This document shows positions 41,301-54,990 of a DNA stretch of 64,000 bases, piece after piece; positions within the stretch are counted from its first letter, which is position 1; every line of letters begins with the position of its first letter. Where the stretch lies: positions 41,478,001 through 41,542,000 of the forward strand of contig OX597814.1 in NCBI GenBank assembly GCA_951406725.2. Direction: 5' to 3'. Under the pieces are notes generated by a model, which did no database searches, was not told the DNA's origin, and was given only the letters and a program-made list of their open reading frames with translations. Both the position numbers and the translations under genes were made by a program. Source of the stretch: Octopus vulgaris. Lineage: Eukaryota.

Positions 41301-41334
<34 letters not shown>

Positions 41335-41335
41335 G

Positions 41336-41446
41336 TTATATAAAATCGTTCTGTGTGTGTGTTTGACTTCTAGGATCTCGGGCACCCTCCATCCGATTGT
41401 GCTCAAATTTAATATGTAGATACCAACTGTATCAGGGCATGTAGAA

Positions 41447-41448
<2 letters not shown>
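41336..41448 (+). mobile_element. Short repeat fragment resembling the 5' end of a non-autonomous Helitron-type element
   Basis: tatataaaatcgttctgtgtgtgt...ccatccgattgtgctcaaattt parallels the layout of 61814-61900 (ctatataaacggcagtttgtctgtg...caaccgattctgatgaaactt). Confidence 0.4.
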
Positions 41449-41503
<55 letters not shown>

Positions 41504-41560
41504 GTATATATATATACATGTATATGTATATATATAATATATATATATATATATTTTACA

Positions 41561-41593
<33 letters not shown>

Positions 41594-41620
41594 ATATATA
41601 TATATAGATAGATAGAAACA

Positions 41621-41692
<72 letters not shown>

Positions 41693-41708
41693 TAGATAGA
41701 TACATACA

Positions 41709-41798
<90 letters not shown>

Positions 41799-43269
41799 TA
41801 ACAGGGAGGTGGAAATATGCACAGCAGTAAAACTGAGACATTTCAATTTAAGAGGGATTATAAAAGTGATTATAAATATTATATAAAGAAAATGCTACCG
41901 GTTTTTGATGAATCACATCTTATCAAATATCAATAAAATTATATAAAGAATTGAAGTAAAAACCGTTTATCTTCTCTTTGAGGAACAAGAAATGTTCCAA
42001 ACGCATTTACCACTGTATGGAGCAACCCTAGATCTCATGCGGAGTGATGCCTTTTAACGCTGCATCTGTTTCAACTCTGCAAAATGTTTGCATTAAGAAC
42101 ACTTTCGGGGGAACAAAACTGTCGTAGGTCGCGTTAAAAGGTAAGAACGTGTTATTAGGGAAGGTGTGTAAGCGTGTCGTGTTATTTATAGTCAAGAACC
42201 TCCCGTAAAATCGTTTTTTACTCATGTCAGCGTTTTCGTAATCTGTTTAAAGCAAACCCATATTTTCCGCCGTCGTTTATATCACCAGTTGGAAAAATCG
42301 ACGAACAGGGGGAGCAGTGCAAAATACAGACGCACCACATGGCAGTATGATATCACAATACAACATCGCTGCGTAGACTGTTGCGTGTGGCTCGCATCAT
42401 GTGGATTCTAGTGGCGCAAGCCTGAACTACAATGGGCTTGTCCCACAGAGAACGTTTCTTTTTATTTTGGGTTTGGTCTCGTATATATATATATATATAT
42501 ATATATATACTTGGAAATTGATGCGTGTCCTTCGATCATATAATAATATAAATACTATAAATATATATGCATATATACATACATATATGTACATACCTCC
42601 ATGTACATATATATACAATGCATATATGGATACAGGACGACATAAAAACGTGAACAAAGGAAAAACGAGTACATAAAAAAACAAACGTATGGTAAACGAA
42701 CGAAGAGAGAAACCAGATAGGGAACACAAAGAACAATCCCTTCATCAGTTTTATCTACTCCGCGTTTAGAATGTTGGGACGTCCCTTTCTGATATTTAAA
42801 AAAAAAGATGTATATTATCAGTAGTAATTATATGTATCCATATATTCCAAAACGTCGAGTTCATACGCTATTGATTTTATAAGTATATATTTTATCAACA
42901 TCGATCTCTTAAAATTTCTTCTTCAATAATATTTGATCTCTGGAATTTCTGTGCTAACGCAGAAGAAAATAACGTGTATATAAGATTATAGATTAGTATA
43001 TGTCCTCGGGTTATACTCTACTTATCATACATGCGATTCTTACAACCAAATATCACGATATCGATATTTACAGTTATGTTAGTCTTTCAAGAATGGCCCA
43101 TTATGGATTGGATATATCATTTCAGTTATATTCAGAGGTTATAGACTATGCACTGAATTCTTCATAAGATCTGTGAAAACATAGCAAATGGTGTACTAGA
43201 GCCACATAAGGATTCCTATCTCTGGTAGAATTGCTGCTATGATCTGAGTCAAAATATGTATTATTAAAG

Positions 43270-43400
43270 ACGGCGAGCTGGCAGAAACGCTAACACGCCG
43301 GGTGAAATACTTAGCAGTAGTTCGTTTCTCTTACTGGGGTCGATCTAATCAACTAGCTCCTACCAAAAATTTCGCGCTTTGTGCCTAGATTAGAAACGAA
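43270..43400 (+). mobile_element. tRNA-derived SINE with internal deletion
   Basis: cggcgagctggcagaaacgctaacacgccgggtgaaa head resembles 60344 (ggcggtgagatggcagaaatgttagcgcgccgggcga); actggggtcgatctaatc core. Confidence 0.65.
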
Positions 43401-43810
43401 TGTATATTAGTAACAACTTTTTCATACAAACCAGTTGAGAATACATTATTTGAGATATTTACATTTAAAACAATGATTTTCATATTATAATATGATTTTA
43501 AAACAATTTTCAAAAATGAGAAATTGTAATTTCTAAATAAATTCATCCATGGTAACTTAATAATCGATAAGATGATTCAAAGCAACACATTGAGATATAT
43601 ACAGATTAACTAAACCTGAGAGTGGAGTCACTGTTCGCTCAATATGATTGCTATGGACGAACACGTTGTAGCGTGTAAACCTGGATATTACATTCGGAAA
43701 GCGATGGTGATAACTAGAATGCTATGGACCTAAGAAGGGCTATATTCTCAAAAACGACTTAACGAAATTACTGGTTTAAGTAAACATGCAAACAGTCTGA
43801 TGTGTTTCGA

Positions 43811-43860
43811 CTATCCATCTATCTGTCTATCTATCTATGTATCTATCTATATATCTATCG

Positions 43861-43942
<82 letters not shown>

Positions 43943-43992
43943 TATCTATATATCTACCTACCTACGTACCTGTCTATCTATCTATTTATCTA
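43811..43992. repeat. (ATCT)n tetranucleotide microsatellite
   Basis: Directly visible. Confidence 0.95.
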
Positions 43993-44447
43993 TGTGCCTA
44001 TTACTTTCTCGCACTTTCTCTCTCTCCCTATATATATTTATATGTGTGCGTGTATATGTGCACGTAAGTATATACATATATGAAAATACATTTGTATGCG
44101 TGTAATTCATTCGAAATGGTGTCTGCATACGTGAATTAGACTGAATCAGACGTTTCAGATTATTCTTTTAATCTCAACACGTACCCCATACATATTTTGC
44201 TCCTGGTGAGAACATAACAATAAACCGAAACAATAGATTCAGCCACAGAGTTAATATTCAAATAAAAATATATCAAATACATATTATAATAGATATTGCA
44301 TATTTCATTGCATAAAAGTGTCCTTATTTCAATAACCAGGAACTTCATATGAAAAGGATTTTATACTTATACGTATATAGATATATGTGCATATATATGC
44401 ATATAAATATACACACACATGCGCGCACATACTCACTCACACACACA

Positions 44448-44537
<90 letters not shown>

Positions 44538-45409
44538 TACATATAAAGACGCACGCACAAATATACACTATATATTGGCATATGTACATATATATACTTA
44601 TAGATACATACGTACGAATATATAAATTTACATATATATACATATATATGAATATATATTTATATATAAATATATACATACACACACATATATATATACA
44701 TATATATATACATATATACATGTGTATATATATGTATATATATATATTACAAATGCTGGTATTTTGTTTCTCACTTTGTTTTGTTGTTTTTGGCATTTCG
44801 CTTTCACTTTTATGTTAATCTAAAAGCGGTATGAGCGTAATGTGTTCACAATTTCATACAATTTAGATTTGAATGTACGAAATGACTGTATTGTGTTTAT
44901 GTAAAAATGTTTTCTGAAACATGTGAATCGATAAATTGATTTAGAAATATAATTCTTCAAAAAATGAATGACTACCTAAGTCAGTGAAATATATCTTTGT
45001 AAGAAATAATGCAAACATTTTGTTAAAGAATGTAATTCAGAATTACCAAAATAATAGATCTATGGAATATAGTTTAATGTTAACTAACTTAATTGTCCGT
45101 AGAAAATTTATGATTAAGTACTTCAGAATTAGAATGTTAATGTGCGTGTAGTTGAGTGAGTGCCTGTTTATTTCTATGTTTCTCAGTAATAAGTTTAAAA
45201 CTAACACCAGTAACATTCTCGGCTGTGTGTATATATGATGTATGGTTGTATATGTATATTCGTATATATAGTTGTACGTGTGGTCCTGTAGTTTGCTTAT
45301 ATATGTGCGTATAGCTGTGTATATCAATCAATCTGTCTAGCTATTTGCAGATGTATTTTGCCTCCCTAAGCAAGGTGATATGCATAAGAACACATATCAC
45401 CTAGCCCTG

Positions 45410-45624
45410 ACATGTGTTTCTTTTTTGTGTCTTTCTTTGTCTCCCTCCATTTGACGAACGTAGTTGGTGTGGTTACGTCCTAGAGGTTCGTCGAAAAGAC
45501 ATTGAGAATATAGATACTAGACTTACAAAGAATACGTCCTGGTGTCAATATGTTTGACTGAAGGTATTGCTCAAGCATGACCGCAGTCAAATCCCTGAAA
45601 CAATAAAATAAGATAAGAATAAGA

Positions 45625-45625
<1 letters not shown>
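45410..45625 (+). mobile_element. 3' half of a SINE (same family as 46290-46710)
   Basis: gttggtgtggttacgtcc..ggttcgtcgaaaagac..tactagacttacaaagaatacgtcctgg..agcatgaccgcagtcaaat shared with 46575-46680 and 58672-58720. Confidence 0.6.
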
Positions 45626-45707
<82 letters not shown>

Positions 45708-46289
45708 CTAAAATCAGTGTAAGAAAACATTTTTGAAGATTTTTCTACCACTTTCCTCAGCCTGATTTTATTAATGATTGATAATCTTTGGCAAATTTTT
45801 GAAGAAACGCCGGCATTATATATGTATATATATATATATATATAAATATATATATACACGTACACTCATATATTAAAAACTAAATAAAATATCCGATTTC
45901 TCCTATTTTAAGATATTCTCCTCATAAGCGAACCATAGTATATAATTTCGAAATATATATTTTACCCGATATTTATAATAAAACTTATATACATATAATC
46001 ACACATTTCAAGTACCATCTTTATTTGCTATCGTCTTCGGAATTTACTACGCCTCTGATTGTGAACTACTATCCGAACAGGTGATCTTGAATTAATATGT
46101 TCATGTAGTGAAATGCCATATCTGTGTATGCAAAGTATGCCACACAATTTTTTGTTTTAATACATTACAGAATGTGATAGCTTCTTAGGAATATTTCTGA
46201 ATCTGTCTTCGCACATACGTATGTGTATTTATCTGTGTGTGCGTGTGTGTGTGTGTATGCGTCTTTACTTATGTATTTATGTAAGTGGA

Positions 46290-46710
46290 GGCATGTTTCC
46301 CAACTACATGGTTCCGGCTCAGTCCTATCCACTCTGTGGCATCTTGGGTGCGTATATTCTATTATACTCTCCGGTTGATTAAAGACTTGCGAGTAGATTT
46401 TGTTGATGGAAACTAAAAGAACCGTGCGTGTGTATGTGTGTATGTGTGTGTGTGTGTGTATCCCCGTGTGTTTGCGAATGTGTGTCTGTGTCTGTATCTA
46501 TGTATGTGTTTGCGTCTGTACGTATGTGTCTGACTTGTGTCAAATTTTGTTAATTCCTCACCGCTTTACAATCGGTGTTGGTGTGTTTATATCCCCGTAT
46601 GTAAGGGGTTCGTCAAAAGAGACCTATGTAATAAGTACTAAGCTTGAAAAGAAAGGATAATAGTAAGTCCTGGAGGCGATTTTTTCGATTATAAATCCCT
46701 TCAAGGCAAA
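46290..46710 (+). mobile_element. tRNA-derived SINE with internal (TG)n
   Basis: Degenerate B-box region ggttccggctcagtcc, central (TG)n tract, 3' block gttggtgtgtttatatcccc..ggttcgtcaaaagagacc..ataagtact..aagtcctgg. Confidence 0.6.
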
Positions 46711-47663
46711 GGGCTAAAACAAATAAAATGGGTGCAGTCAAAGGACTCAATCCGATAAAGATGAAAAGTATATGAAGCTAGTGGGAAAATACAATTACGA
46801 CTACTCTCAGCATTATGAACATTGTTCTTTATATTCAAATGTAGTGGCCACATCACAAATATACTTGCGTCCCTCTATGGCATATTAACTCAACCAGTTA
46901 TGTGAAATTTACGAATCATTCTCTTCAGACTCTTAGCAGCACATGTTTTCTCGGTTCTTCTTTTAATATACTGTTGTTTTTTTTAAATATACATCTTTCA
47001 TTACACTAGAGGGTAATAAACAACACTTTTGAAAATTTATTCTTACTTCATATAGTACAATTGTAAGTATGTATTTCATCTTACAAATACAAGTAGATAT
47101 AACTTTTACTGAAACCTCATATTCTGTATAAATATATATTGGTTCTCGCTTGACTAAGCACCGTTTTCTGTAATTTATGAGACAAGAAAAAAAGTGATTT
47201 ATAAGATTTATTGTTTCCGATGGGCATTAAATGAATCATTGTTGTCGCTTATTCCGAAATAGGCCGAGATCGATTAGGATAACAACGAAACAGGTATAAG
47301 CAGCATTATTTTTAAAGTTCAAGTCATGAATATGTCCTTCATTATTTAAAAGTGAATAGCAAAACCAATATATTGCAGCCATTTCTACCAGAGAGAGAAA
47401 TCAAATGAGAAGCAGTCTAATTTCACGTTTAATTACAGTAACTTCACTAGGCAGTGCAGAAATTTAGAAAAAGCTACTATTTTATCAGCGTTATTCTCAT
47501 ATAGTCTTGTCTTGGAGTTGCAATTACACCAGGTTCGTGGTAAACTTCGGTCTCAATAATTTATTTTAACCCATGGGTTGGGGCCAGGGCAGGGCTAGGG
47601 AGCATTTAGTACCGGGCAGCACAGAACGAATAATATGTATGGTTTTCAGTATCATTATATATA

Positions 47664-48374
47664 TATCCGAAGGAGAGACAAAAATTATACGAACTCTTGT
47701 TTTATCAATATATTTGATGCAAATCAGGGGATAAACAAGTATGTCATTTTTCTATATAGTCTTCTGCTTTTTCGATGAACTTAGTTCAGCGGTCCACAAG
47801 CATGCGTATTTCCTCCAAGAAGTTTTTCGGTTTGCCGTGCAACCATTTATGCACCACTTCCTTCATATTTTCATCCGTAGGAAATCGACGACCACGTAAA
47901 CCATCATTGAGCTGTCTAACGATATGACAGACAGAAGGGACGAAATCTGGGCTGTAGGCAGAGTGTTTCAGTACACTTCAAAATCCAATTGCTTATTGGC
48001 TTCAACGGCCAGGGGCGCCGTGTGTGGGCGTGCATTACCATGCAACAACAAAACTTTCTTCGACCATAGGCTTCGGAGTTTGGAGCAAATTGCTGAATTC
48101 ATTGTGTTGACCACCAAAGCATTGTTGATCGGATGCCCCTTTTTCTAGAAAAATCGGATCATTACTCTTCGTTCTTCTTTAGTGCACATTGCTAGTGGGG
48201 CGGTCTTGCTTACACTTTAATGCCAGAAACAAAAATGAAAATAGCGAGATCAAGCTTAAACTTCGATCAGGAGATCACAATATTTTCAACTATAAGTGCA
48301 CTTGCGCAGAAGGCAGTGTGACAATAATAAAGATATGACGAAAGTGCGAATAATTTTCGATTTGCCCTCGTATA
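47664..48374 (-). mobile_element. Decayed, internally deleted mariner element
   Basis: Minus strand: VLLLHGNARPHTA..VLKHSAYSPDFVPSVCH..LNDGLRGRRF..VHKWL; ends tacgagggcaaatcgaaaattattcgcac (minus, 48372) versus the degenerate tccgaaggagagacaaaaattatacgaac (47666). Confidence 0.75.
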
Positions 48375-48384
48375 TTAAAATGTA

Positions 48385-48597
48385 ATAATCCTTTCTAATA
48401 GAGACACCAGCCCTCAAATTTGAAGGAAGCAGCCAGTCGATTACATCGACCCCAGTGCTTAACTGTTACTTGCTTCCTCTCCGAAACGATGGAAGACAAA
48501 GTCGACCTCAGTGCAATTTGAATACATAACCTCATGGATGGATAAAATGTCGCTAAGCATTTCCCTGGCGTACTTACGATTCTTCTAGCTCGCTATT
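48385..48597 (-). mobile_element. tRNA-derived SINE, minus strand
   Basis: Reverse complement contains agcgagctagaagaatcgtaagtacgccagggaaatgcttagcg..gaggtcgactttgtc..gcactggggtcgatgtaatcgac. Confidence 0.65.
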
Positions 48598-48979
48598 TCC
48601 ATATTAAAATGTAATAATATTAAGAAAGTGAATAATGAGGTAGTTTATCCATTTTCCGAAAACGACGAATCTGCGGTTCCTTCCAGGACTAGGCCTTATA
48701 GTGTTGTATAGTAGCTTCATAGTGGGGCAGTAATAACCTGCATGACTTTCCTCGAGTTTTAAAAGAGACATTGATTTCGGGTTTTGCATTCCGAAAACGT
48801 TGCTTTGTATCTATGTTGGAAATTTACTCCATGCTTAAACGGGCAACTTCAACAAAAAAAAAAATAGAAAAGAATTTACATATAGGTGTGCATGCGCGAA
48901 TCTTTATATGATAGTGGAGAGCCATGTGTATGCTTGGTCAACACTGCATTTAGATAAATATATTCATATATAAGCGCAC

Positions 48980-49027
<48 letters not shown>

Positions 49028-49045
49028 ATATGTATATATTATATC

Positions 49046-49115
<70 letters not shown>

Positions 49116-49124
49116 AATAAATGA

Positions 49125-49480
49125 AAGAATGGAGTTGAACGACGAATTAACAAAATTCCTTTATTTTCGACATATGTTTCGAAGGCTGCATATTCCTAAT
49201 TTCGAAGGAATAAGGGGTGCATTATGCCGCCTTCTCATCAGGAAAATCAAGGAACTTATGTCAGCATCAAGATGCACAAAAACGTTTAGATGACTGCCCA
49301 CACGGAGCCCATAGCGATAATGAGTGTTTCTTTAAAATATTCCGTTATAAGCAGTGACGTCAAAAATGGTTGAATGCAGAAGATTCTAGAAGGGGTTCAA
49401 ACAAGGTTGGAGGAGGTAGGCCTAAGAATAGGAAGGTGATAGGGTGCAGGTCATATGAATGGTGATTTTGTTGTTTTCTT
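49125..49480 (-). mobile_element. Solo Penelope-type terminal repeat fragment (paralogue of 57680-57920)
   Basis: Aligns with 57682-57917 (atggagt.gaacga..aacaaaattcctttA..tcgacatatgtttcgaag..ggaataa.gggtgcattatgc..cttctcatcagga..agcgataatgagtgttt); abuts (TA)n. Confidence 0.75.
49161..49250 (-). ncRNA. Type I hammerhead ribozyme (predicted)
   Basis: Minus strand: attttc CTGATGA gaaggc.gca...tgc.gccttc GAAAC atat GTC gaaaat; complete core, stem I attttc/gaaaat, stem II gaaggc/gccttc, palindromic stem III ACATATGT; predicted cut between 49169 and 49168. Confidence 0.75.
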
Positions 49481-50647
49481 TTGTGAATGAGTGCCTATGT
49501 GTGTGTATGTATATAACTGCATTAATGTCTATGTGTGTGTATGTGTGTGCGTGATTTTGTCTGTGGTTGGGTAGATGCCAAAAACAGACAGTTCCGAATA
49601 TTCAGATTCTATAACTTTGTCGATGTTTCTGCATTGCTTTTAGAAATTTTCAAACTATTAAAACGCGTAACTAAATATAGAAGTATATTATTGTGCTAAT
49701 ATAACATTTCAGTATTACTTACCAGTTATATAAAATTGTTAGGAAATCTAATATTATTATATTTCACCTTCTGCAAGCTTTTCTTCGACATAGGTTTCTG
49801 TCTTTATTCCTGCAAAATATTACCTCAGAAATTAAATTAATATATTTTTTATATTTCTTCCATCGTGTATATTATATGCACACGCATGCAATGCATACAC
49901 ACTCACATACGCGCGTAAGTAAACACACACATGCGCGTGCGTTTGCGCGTGATTATTAGTTAAGCTCACTAAATCGAAACCCTTCTCTACTAGCATATTC
50001 TTCATATCATCTAACATTATGCTTCCCACAATGAGCATAGTAAATACCCAATATTTCAAAATGAATGGATGTAATACCTGAACCATCAAGTTCCATCATC
50101 ACGAAGTAGGAATGTTTTCAACATTCGAACAGTTTCTATGACAATATTTAAGATTCAATGGTTACTTGAAACCTTGGGCCACCGAGAAGAAACAAGTTTG
50201 TGAAACTGCTGCGATGCCACTTGTTGGTCTCCATTATAGCAAACATCTCCCACGGATTTCTGCGACATTTATTAATACAGTTTATATTGTTGTCAATTCA
50301 TGTGAGATATTTAACGATACGTGCATGTGATAGTCATCATAGAAGAATATGTTTACATGCTGTGGGTACGTAGGAGGCATAGCCATAGCAAAATTTCCGC
50401 ATCACTGTTTAAGCAGGTAAGCATGAAATTCCTCAACGTAATTCGATTGATGGTCACGTTACTTGCAAATGTTGAGGAATATCAGTGTTTTAATAACTGC
50501 ATATAATATTGCAATGGCGTAGGGAACTTTAACGAGTGTTTTTAAAACCGGAACAGAGTAACCCTCTCCTACCTGTAGATTGTCTGAATATACATATTTT
50601 TATAAATATTCATACAGACGTATATTCACGAAATATATGTATGTATG

Positions 50648-50680
<33 letters not shown>

Positions 50681-50682
<2 letters not shown>

Positions 50683-52834
50683 ACTAACACAAACAGCAAC
50701 CGGCTCCCTAAAAAGAAAAAAACACTCATCAGGCGCATCAAAAACTCAACAAAAAAATCAACCAATTAAAATATTCCCACACGCAACATCCACATTCAAC
50801 AACAATGAAAAGACTAGAGCTGGAAAAACTTCATCTGCAGACTAACATGAAAACCTCCATTGAAAATCAAAGAGCTGTGGAGGAACAATTGGTAATCAAA
50901 AACATCAAACAGAACCCAAAAGTGTTCTATTCTTATGCAAATAAGCATAGAACCATTGTCTCACCTATTGGGCCATTGATTGACGAAAACGGCATTCCCC
51001 AACACGATGCTAAAGAAATGGCAGAAATATTGCAGAAACAATATTGCTCTGTCTTCAGTGTTCCCACTGATATTGATGTGAGGGAAACGAACGAAGCTGA
51101 CTCCCAACACAAAATCTCAGACGTAACCTTCACTGCCACCGACATCGTAGCAGCAATAAATGAGGTCAAACATTACTCTGCTGTAGGCCCTGATAGATTT
51201 CCCGCCAGTCTCCTGAAGGAATGTAGATATCAACTTGCAGTCCCTCTGACCAACCTCTGGAGAAACTCGTTTAGACGCAGGTTATATACCGAAAAAGTTT
51301 CTATCCCAGTCGGCCATCCCGGTTTTCAAACAGGGAAACATATCCCTCGCAGTCAACTATCGCCCAATCTCACTCACCTCCCACATCATTAAAGTGTTTG
51401 AAAGAGTGTTAAGATCAAGGATAGCTGACTTCCTGGAGACCCACAAACTCCTAAATTCAAATCAGCATGGCTTTCGCTGTGGCAGGGACTGTCTAACACA
51501 GCTCTTACACCACATTGAAGATGTACTCAAAGCCTTGGGAACAGGTTCGAACTCTGACGTCATATACCTTGACTTCAGTAAAGCGTTCGACAGGGTAGAC
51601 CATAACATCCTACTCTCAAAATTGGCAAATTTTGGAATCCGTGGAAAAGTTCTACACTGGATTCAGTATTTCCTAGCGAATAGAACACAACATGTTGTAG
51701 TTGATGGAGTCCACTCAAACCCAGCAAAAGTCACCAGCGGTGTTCCCCAGGGAACTGTTTTGGGTCCGCTACTCTTCATAATTTATGTAAACGACCTTTC
51801 CAGTGTCGTACATCACTGCAAAGTGAAAATATTCGCTGATGACACTAAGCTCCAGCAAATCGTCAATGAAGAAGCAGACCGAACTCAACTCCAGTCTGAC
51901 CTATATGCTGTGAGTCAATGGGCAGACAGAAACAAAATGCAACTGAATGAGGGAAAATTTGAGCTGATGCATTTTGGAAGAAATTCCTCACTAAAACAAC
52001 CATACTCTCTTCCTTCAGGGGAACCGCTCACAGCCTCTAACAATATCAGAGACCTGGGTGTAATTGTTGATGACGATCTCAGTTGGAGTGCAAACATCAA
52101 CAAGAAGGTCGATACAGCTCGTAGGATGAGTTCCTGGATCTTAAGAACTTTCCGGTCCAGAGAACAAGGTGTCATCATACCTCTTTTTTCATCCTTTGTA
52201 CGGCCACACCTTGAATACTGCTGCCCACTGTGGTTTCCCCACACAAGACAAAACATCTCCAGAATTGAGTCACCCCAGAGGGCTCTCACTAAACAAATCG
52301 AAGGCATGGCTGCTCTCGACTATTGGGATCGCCTTAAAGCCTTGAAACTTTACTCCTCCACCGTCGCCGTGAGCGGTACATCATTTGTACGATGTGGAAA
52401 ATATACCGCCAACTTTGCCCAAACGACCTAAACATTAGCTTCAAGGTTCATCCGAGACTTGGACCACGGGCTATACGTCCCCTGCCAAATTCAAGATCAC
52501 AACATACATGTACACTGCAACATAATTTCTTTTCCTCAACAGGCCCTGCCCTATTTAACATTGTCCCGAGGGAGATCAAAGAGGAAAAGGATCCCATCAA
52601 CTTCAAACAGAGTCTGGATAGATTCCTTCAAAGAATACCAGATAAGCCACCCATAATTGGATACAACTCACCCAACAAGAACTCACTACTTGAACAAAAC
52701 TGGATACACCTCACCCAACAAGGACTCACTACTTGAACAAAACTTGACTTAAACAGGATTCGAATAATCCTATCAGGTGGTGCTATTAAGTTAGACATGG
52801 CCTGGACCTAAGTTTTATCTAAGTTTCTAAGTTT

Positions 52835-52838
<4 letters not shown>
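50681..52838 (+). mobile_element. 5'-truncated CR1-like LINE (RT region and 3' end), frameshifted; relative of 36651-41301
   Basis: ORFs 50805-51392, 51394-52431 (QHGFR, YLDFSKAFDRVDH, SGVPQGTVLGPLLF, FADD) and 52392-52736 are homologous to ORF 36743-38776; shared 3' motif 52774-52801; tail ~(CTAAGTTT)n; (TA)n on both sides. Confidence 0.92.
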
Positions 52839-52890
<52 letters not shown>

Positions 52891-54072
52891 ATATATATTG
52901 TGTATTTATAACTGCATGTTCATTCGTGCCATTATAGGTGCATGCATGTGTGCGTGTATAGATGTAACGTGAGTATGAACATTAATCATAGATACGCTGT
53001 AATATGTACTGTTCGTAGTTGGACAAATATTTGTTCCATATAGTTAGGACTTTTCTATACAGTAAATTACATGAATGATCTGAGCAGCATTTCTTTGCGT
53101 AAAGAAGTTCAAAATTAAATGAATATTATAATTTATTTACAGGCCCTTAGTTTCTGATTTTAAATCCCGGTCAGGTCAAATTACTTTGCAACAATTCAAC
53201 TTCATTTACATAAGGAATATGTCAAGTAATGACATAAAATATTCATGTATGCTTTCAAGATGTGAATGGAATATATTATAGAAGAATAATAATAATAAGT
53301 TAAGTATTTCGGACTGAGGAATTTATCACATGTTGCTATTCCGAATTTCGAGTCGAAGACAGCTCAAATACGATTGAGAAATCCTTAGCGTATCAGATTT
53401 CATTAGACTTGTCATTTCGAATTACTACGTTAATACATAAGAAAATGGAAGCATATTGCAATTTCGCATATTAGTTCCTTTTTTATGCAAGACTTTAAGG
53501 ACATTTTATTTTGAAGGAAGAAAATAATAAATGACTCTTCCTCACAATATGGCCCTGTTTAACTCTTATCTAGATGTGCAAAATTACTTATGACTCCATG
53601 ACGCATAATTATTTCTTTTGCCAATGAATCAGAATATCACTGCAAATTCTCCGTCCTTCGGTAAATGCTGACGCTTATGTTACCTATCTTACTCACTCAT
53701 CTACTTATTTGATTGCATACAAATAAAGCGCATGCGTGATATTGTTATAGCATCAGAAAATTAATTTGGGCGGCATAAGTTCCGACTCTTTAAATTCTGA
53801 GTTCAAATCTTCATAGGACAAATTCCAAGTCGAAACATAAAGTACCACTCTAGTACTGAGATTAATAGAACCGTTCAACACTGCTATCTTAATATTTCTT
53901 ATTAATATTTGCATATAGGATGATATATCAATAATTATCCTCGCAACTATTAGAAACCGGAGAGTTTACTGAAGATAATATTTCTTTTCTTGATTTGTCG
54001 TAAAGTAGTGCCTCGAGAGAAATTTACAGGAACAGAATTCTAAAACGACAGACAATGTGGAGTACGATGTAC

Positions 54073-54990
54073 CTAGTGTTTAGTGTACCGCTTAAGTACT
54101 GTTCACAATATACTGTTGTCCAATAAATGTGAGATGACGATGCGTGTAATATTCATTTTTATGTGTGATGCAATTAAAATTCAAATCGGCAAAGGTCACT
54201 TCATCAATGCTAAAAAAGACGAGGAGAAAAAGAGAGATGTGAAGACAAAGTAACTGAAAAAGAAAGAGGCGAAACGCAAGCAGCATAGATGAGGATCGGC
54301 GGAGTAAGAGGTAGTTTTATAAATATGAGGGGTGATTGGGCATGCGTGTTCTACGAGACAACATTGAAATATACCCACTAAAACAAAAGCGCTATTCGAG
54401 ATCTGGATTCCTTCAATCTGTTCTCGTTTAACAAAAGTTGCCTGGGTAACACATAAATGAATCACAGGTGAGAAAACGTAGAAAGGAACGAATGGCGGAG
54501 GCATCTACTTTAGAAATATTGTTATTACAAGAGACAAAGATGCCAATCTATATTGCAAAATGTTATAGAGAAAATTCTGAAAATATATATTCAGAAACAC
54601 TAGAGATGATAGACTCCCGTTCAGAAGAAATCCCTCGGTAAGGATGGAGCACGAATGCTCTTTTTTTTGCGAGGCGATGCTGATGTGAAGCGCAAAACAT
54701 TTTTCCAGAGATGCTGATTTCATAAGCTCCCTAGTGAATCACAGAGACGAGTGGTTCACTTATAATATGTGTAAGTTACAATTCCTTGTAACATCTTTCT
54801 TTTTCAGTTACTTTGTCTTCATATCTCTCTTTTTTTCCTCGCTTTTTCTTTAGCATTGATGAAGTGACTTTTGCCGATTTGAATTTTAATTGCATCACAC
54901 ATAAAAATGAATATTACACGCATCGTCATCTCACATTTATTGGACAACAGTATATTGTGAACAGTACTTAAGTGGTACACTAAACACTAG
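54073..54990. mobile_element. Foldback/MITE-like element: ~195-bp near-perfect inverted arms around a ~525-bp spacer
   Basis: 54073-54267 is the inverse of 54794-54990 with only a few mismatches and one small indel; both outer ends are CTAG. Confidence 0.85.

Larger units (their letters stand above)
36651..41301 (-). mobile_element. Apparently full-length CR1-like LINE (5' UTR, ORF1, APE-RT ORF2, short 3' UTR, octamer tail)
   Basis: Flanked by (TA)n at both ends; 3' tail (TATCAAAG)x3 at 36651-36676; ORF1 and ORF2 as listed below. Confidence 0.9.

Noticed and set aside
42735-42770. CTGATGAAG on the minus strand in a short repeat
   Set aside because: No properly placed GAAA/NUH and no closing stems found
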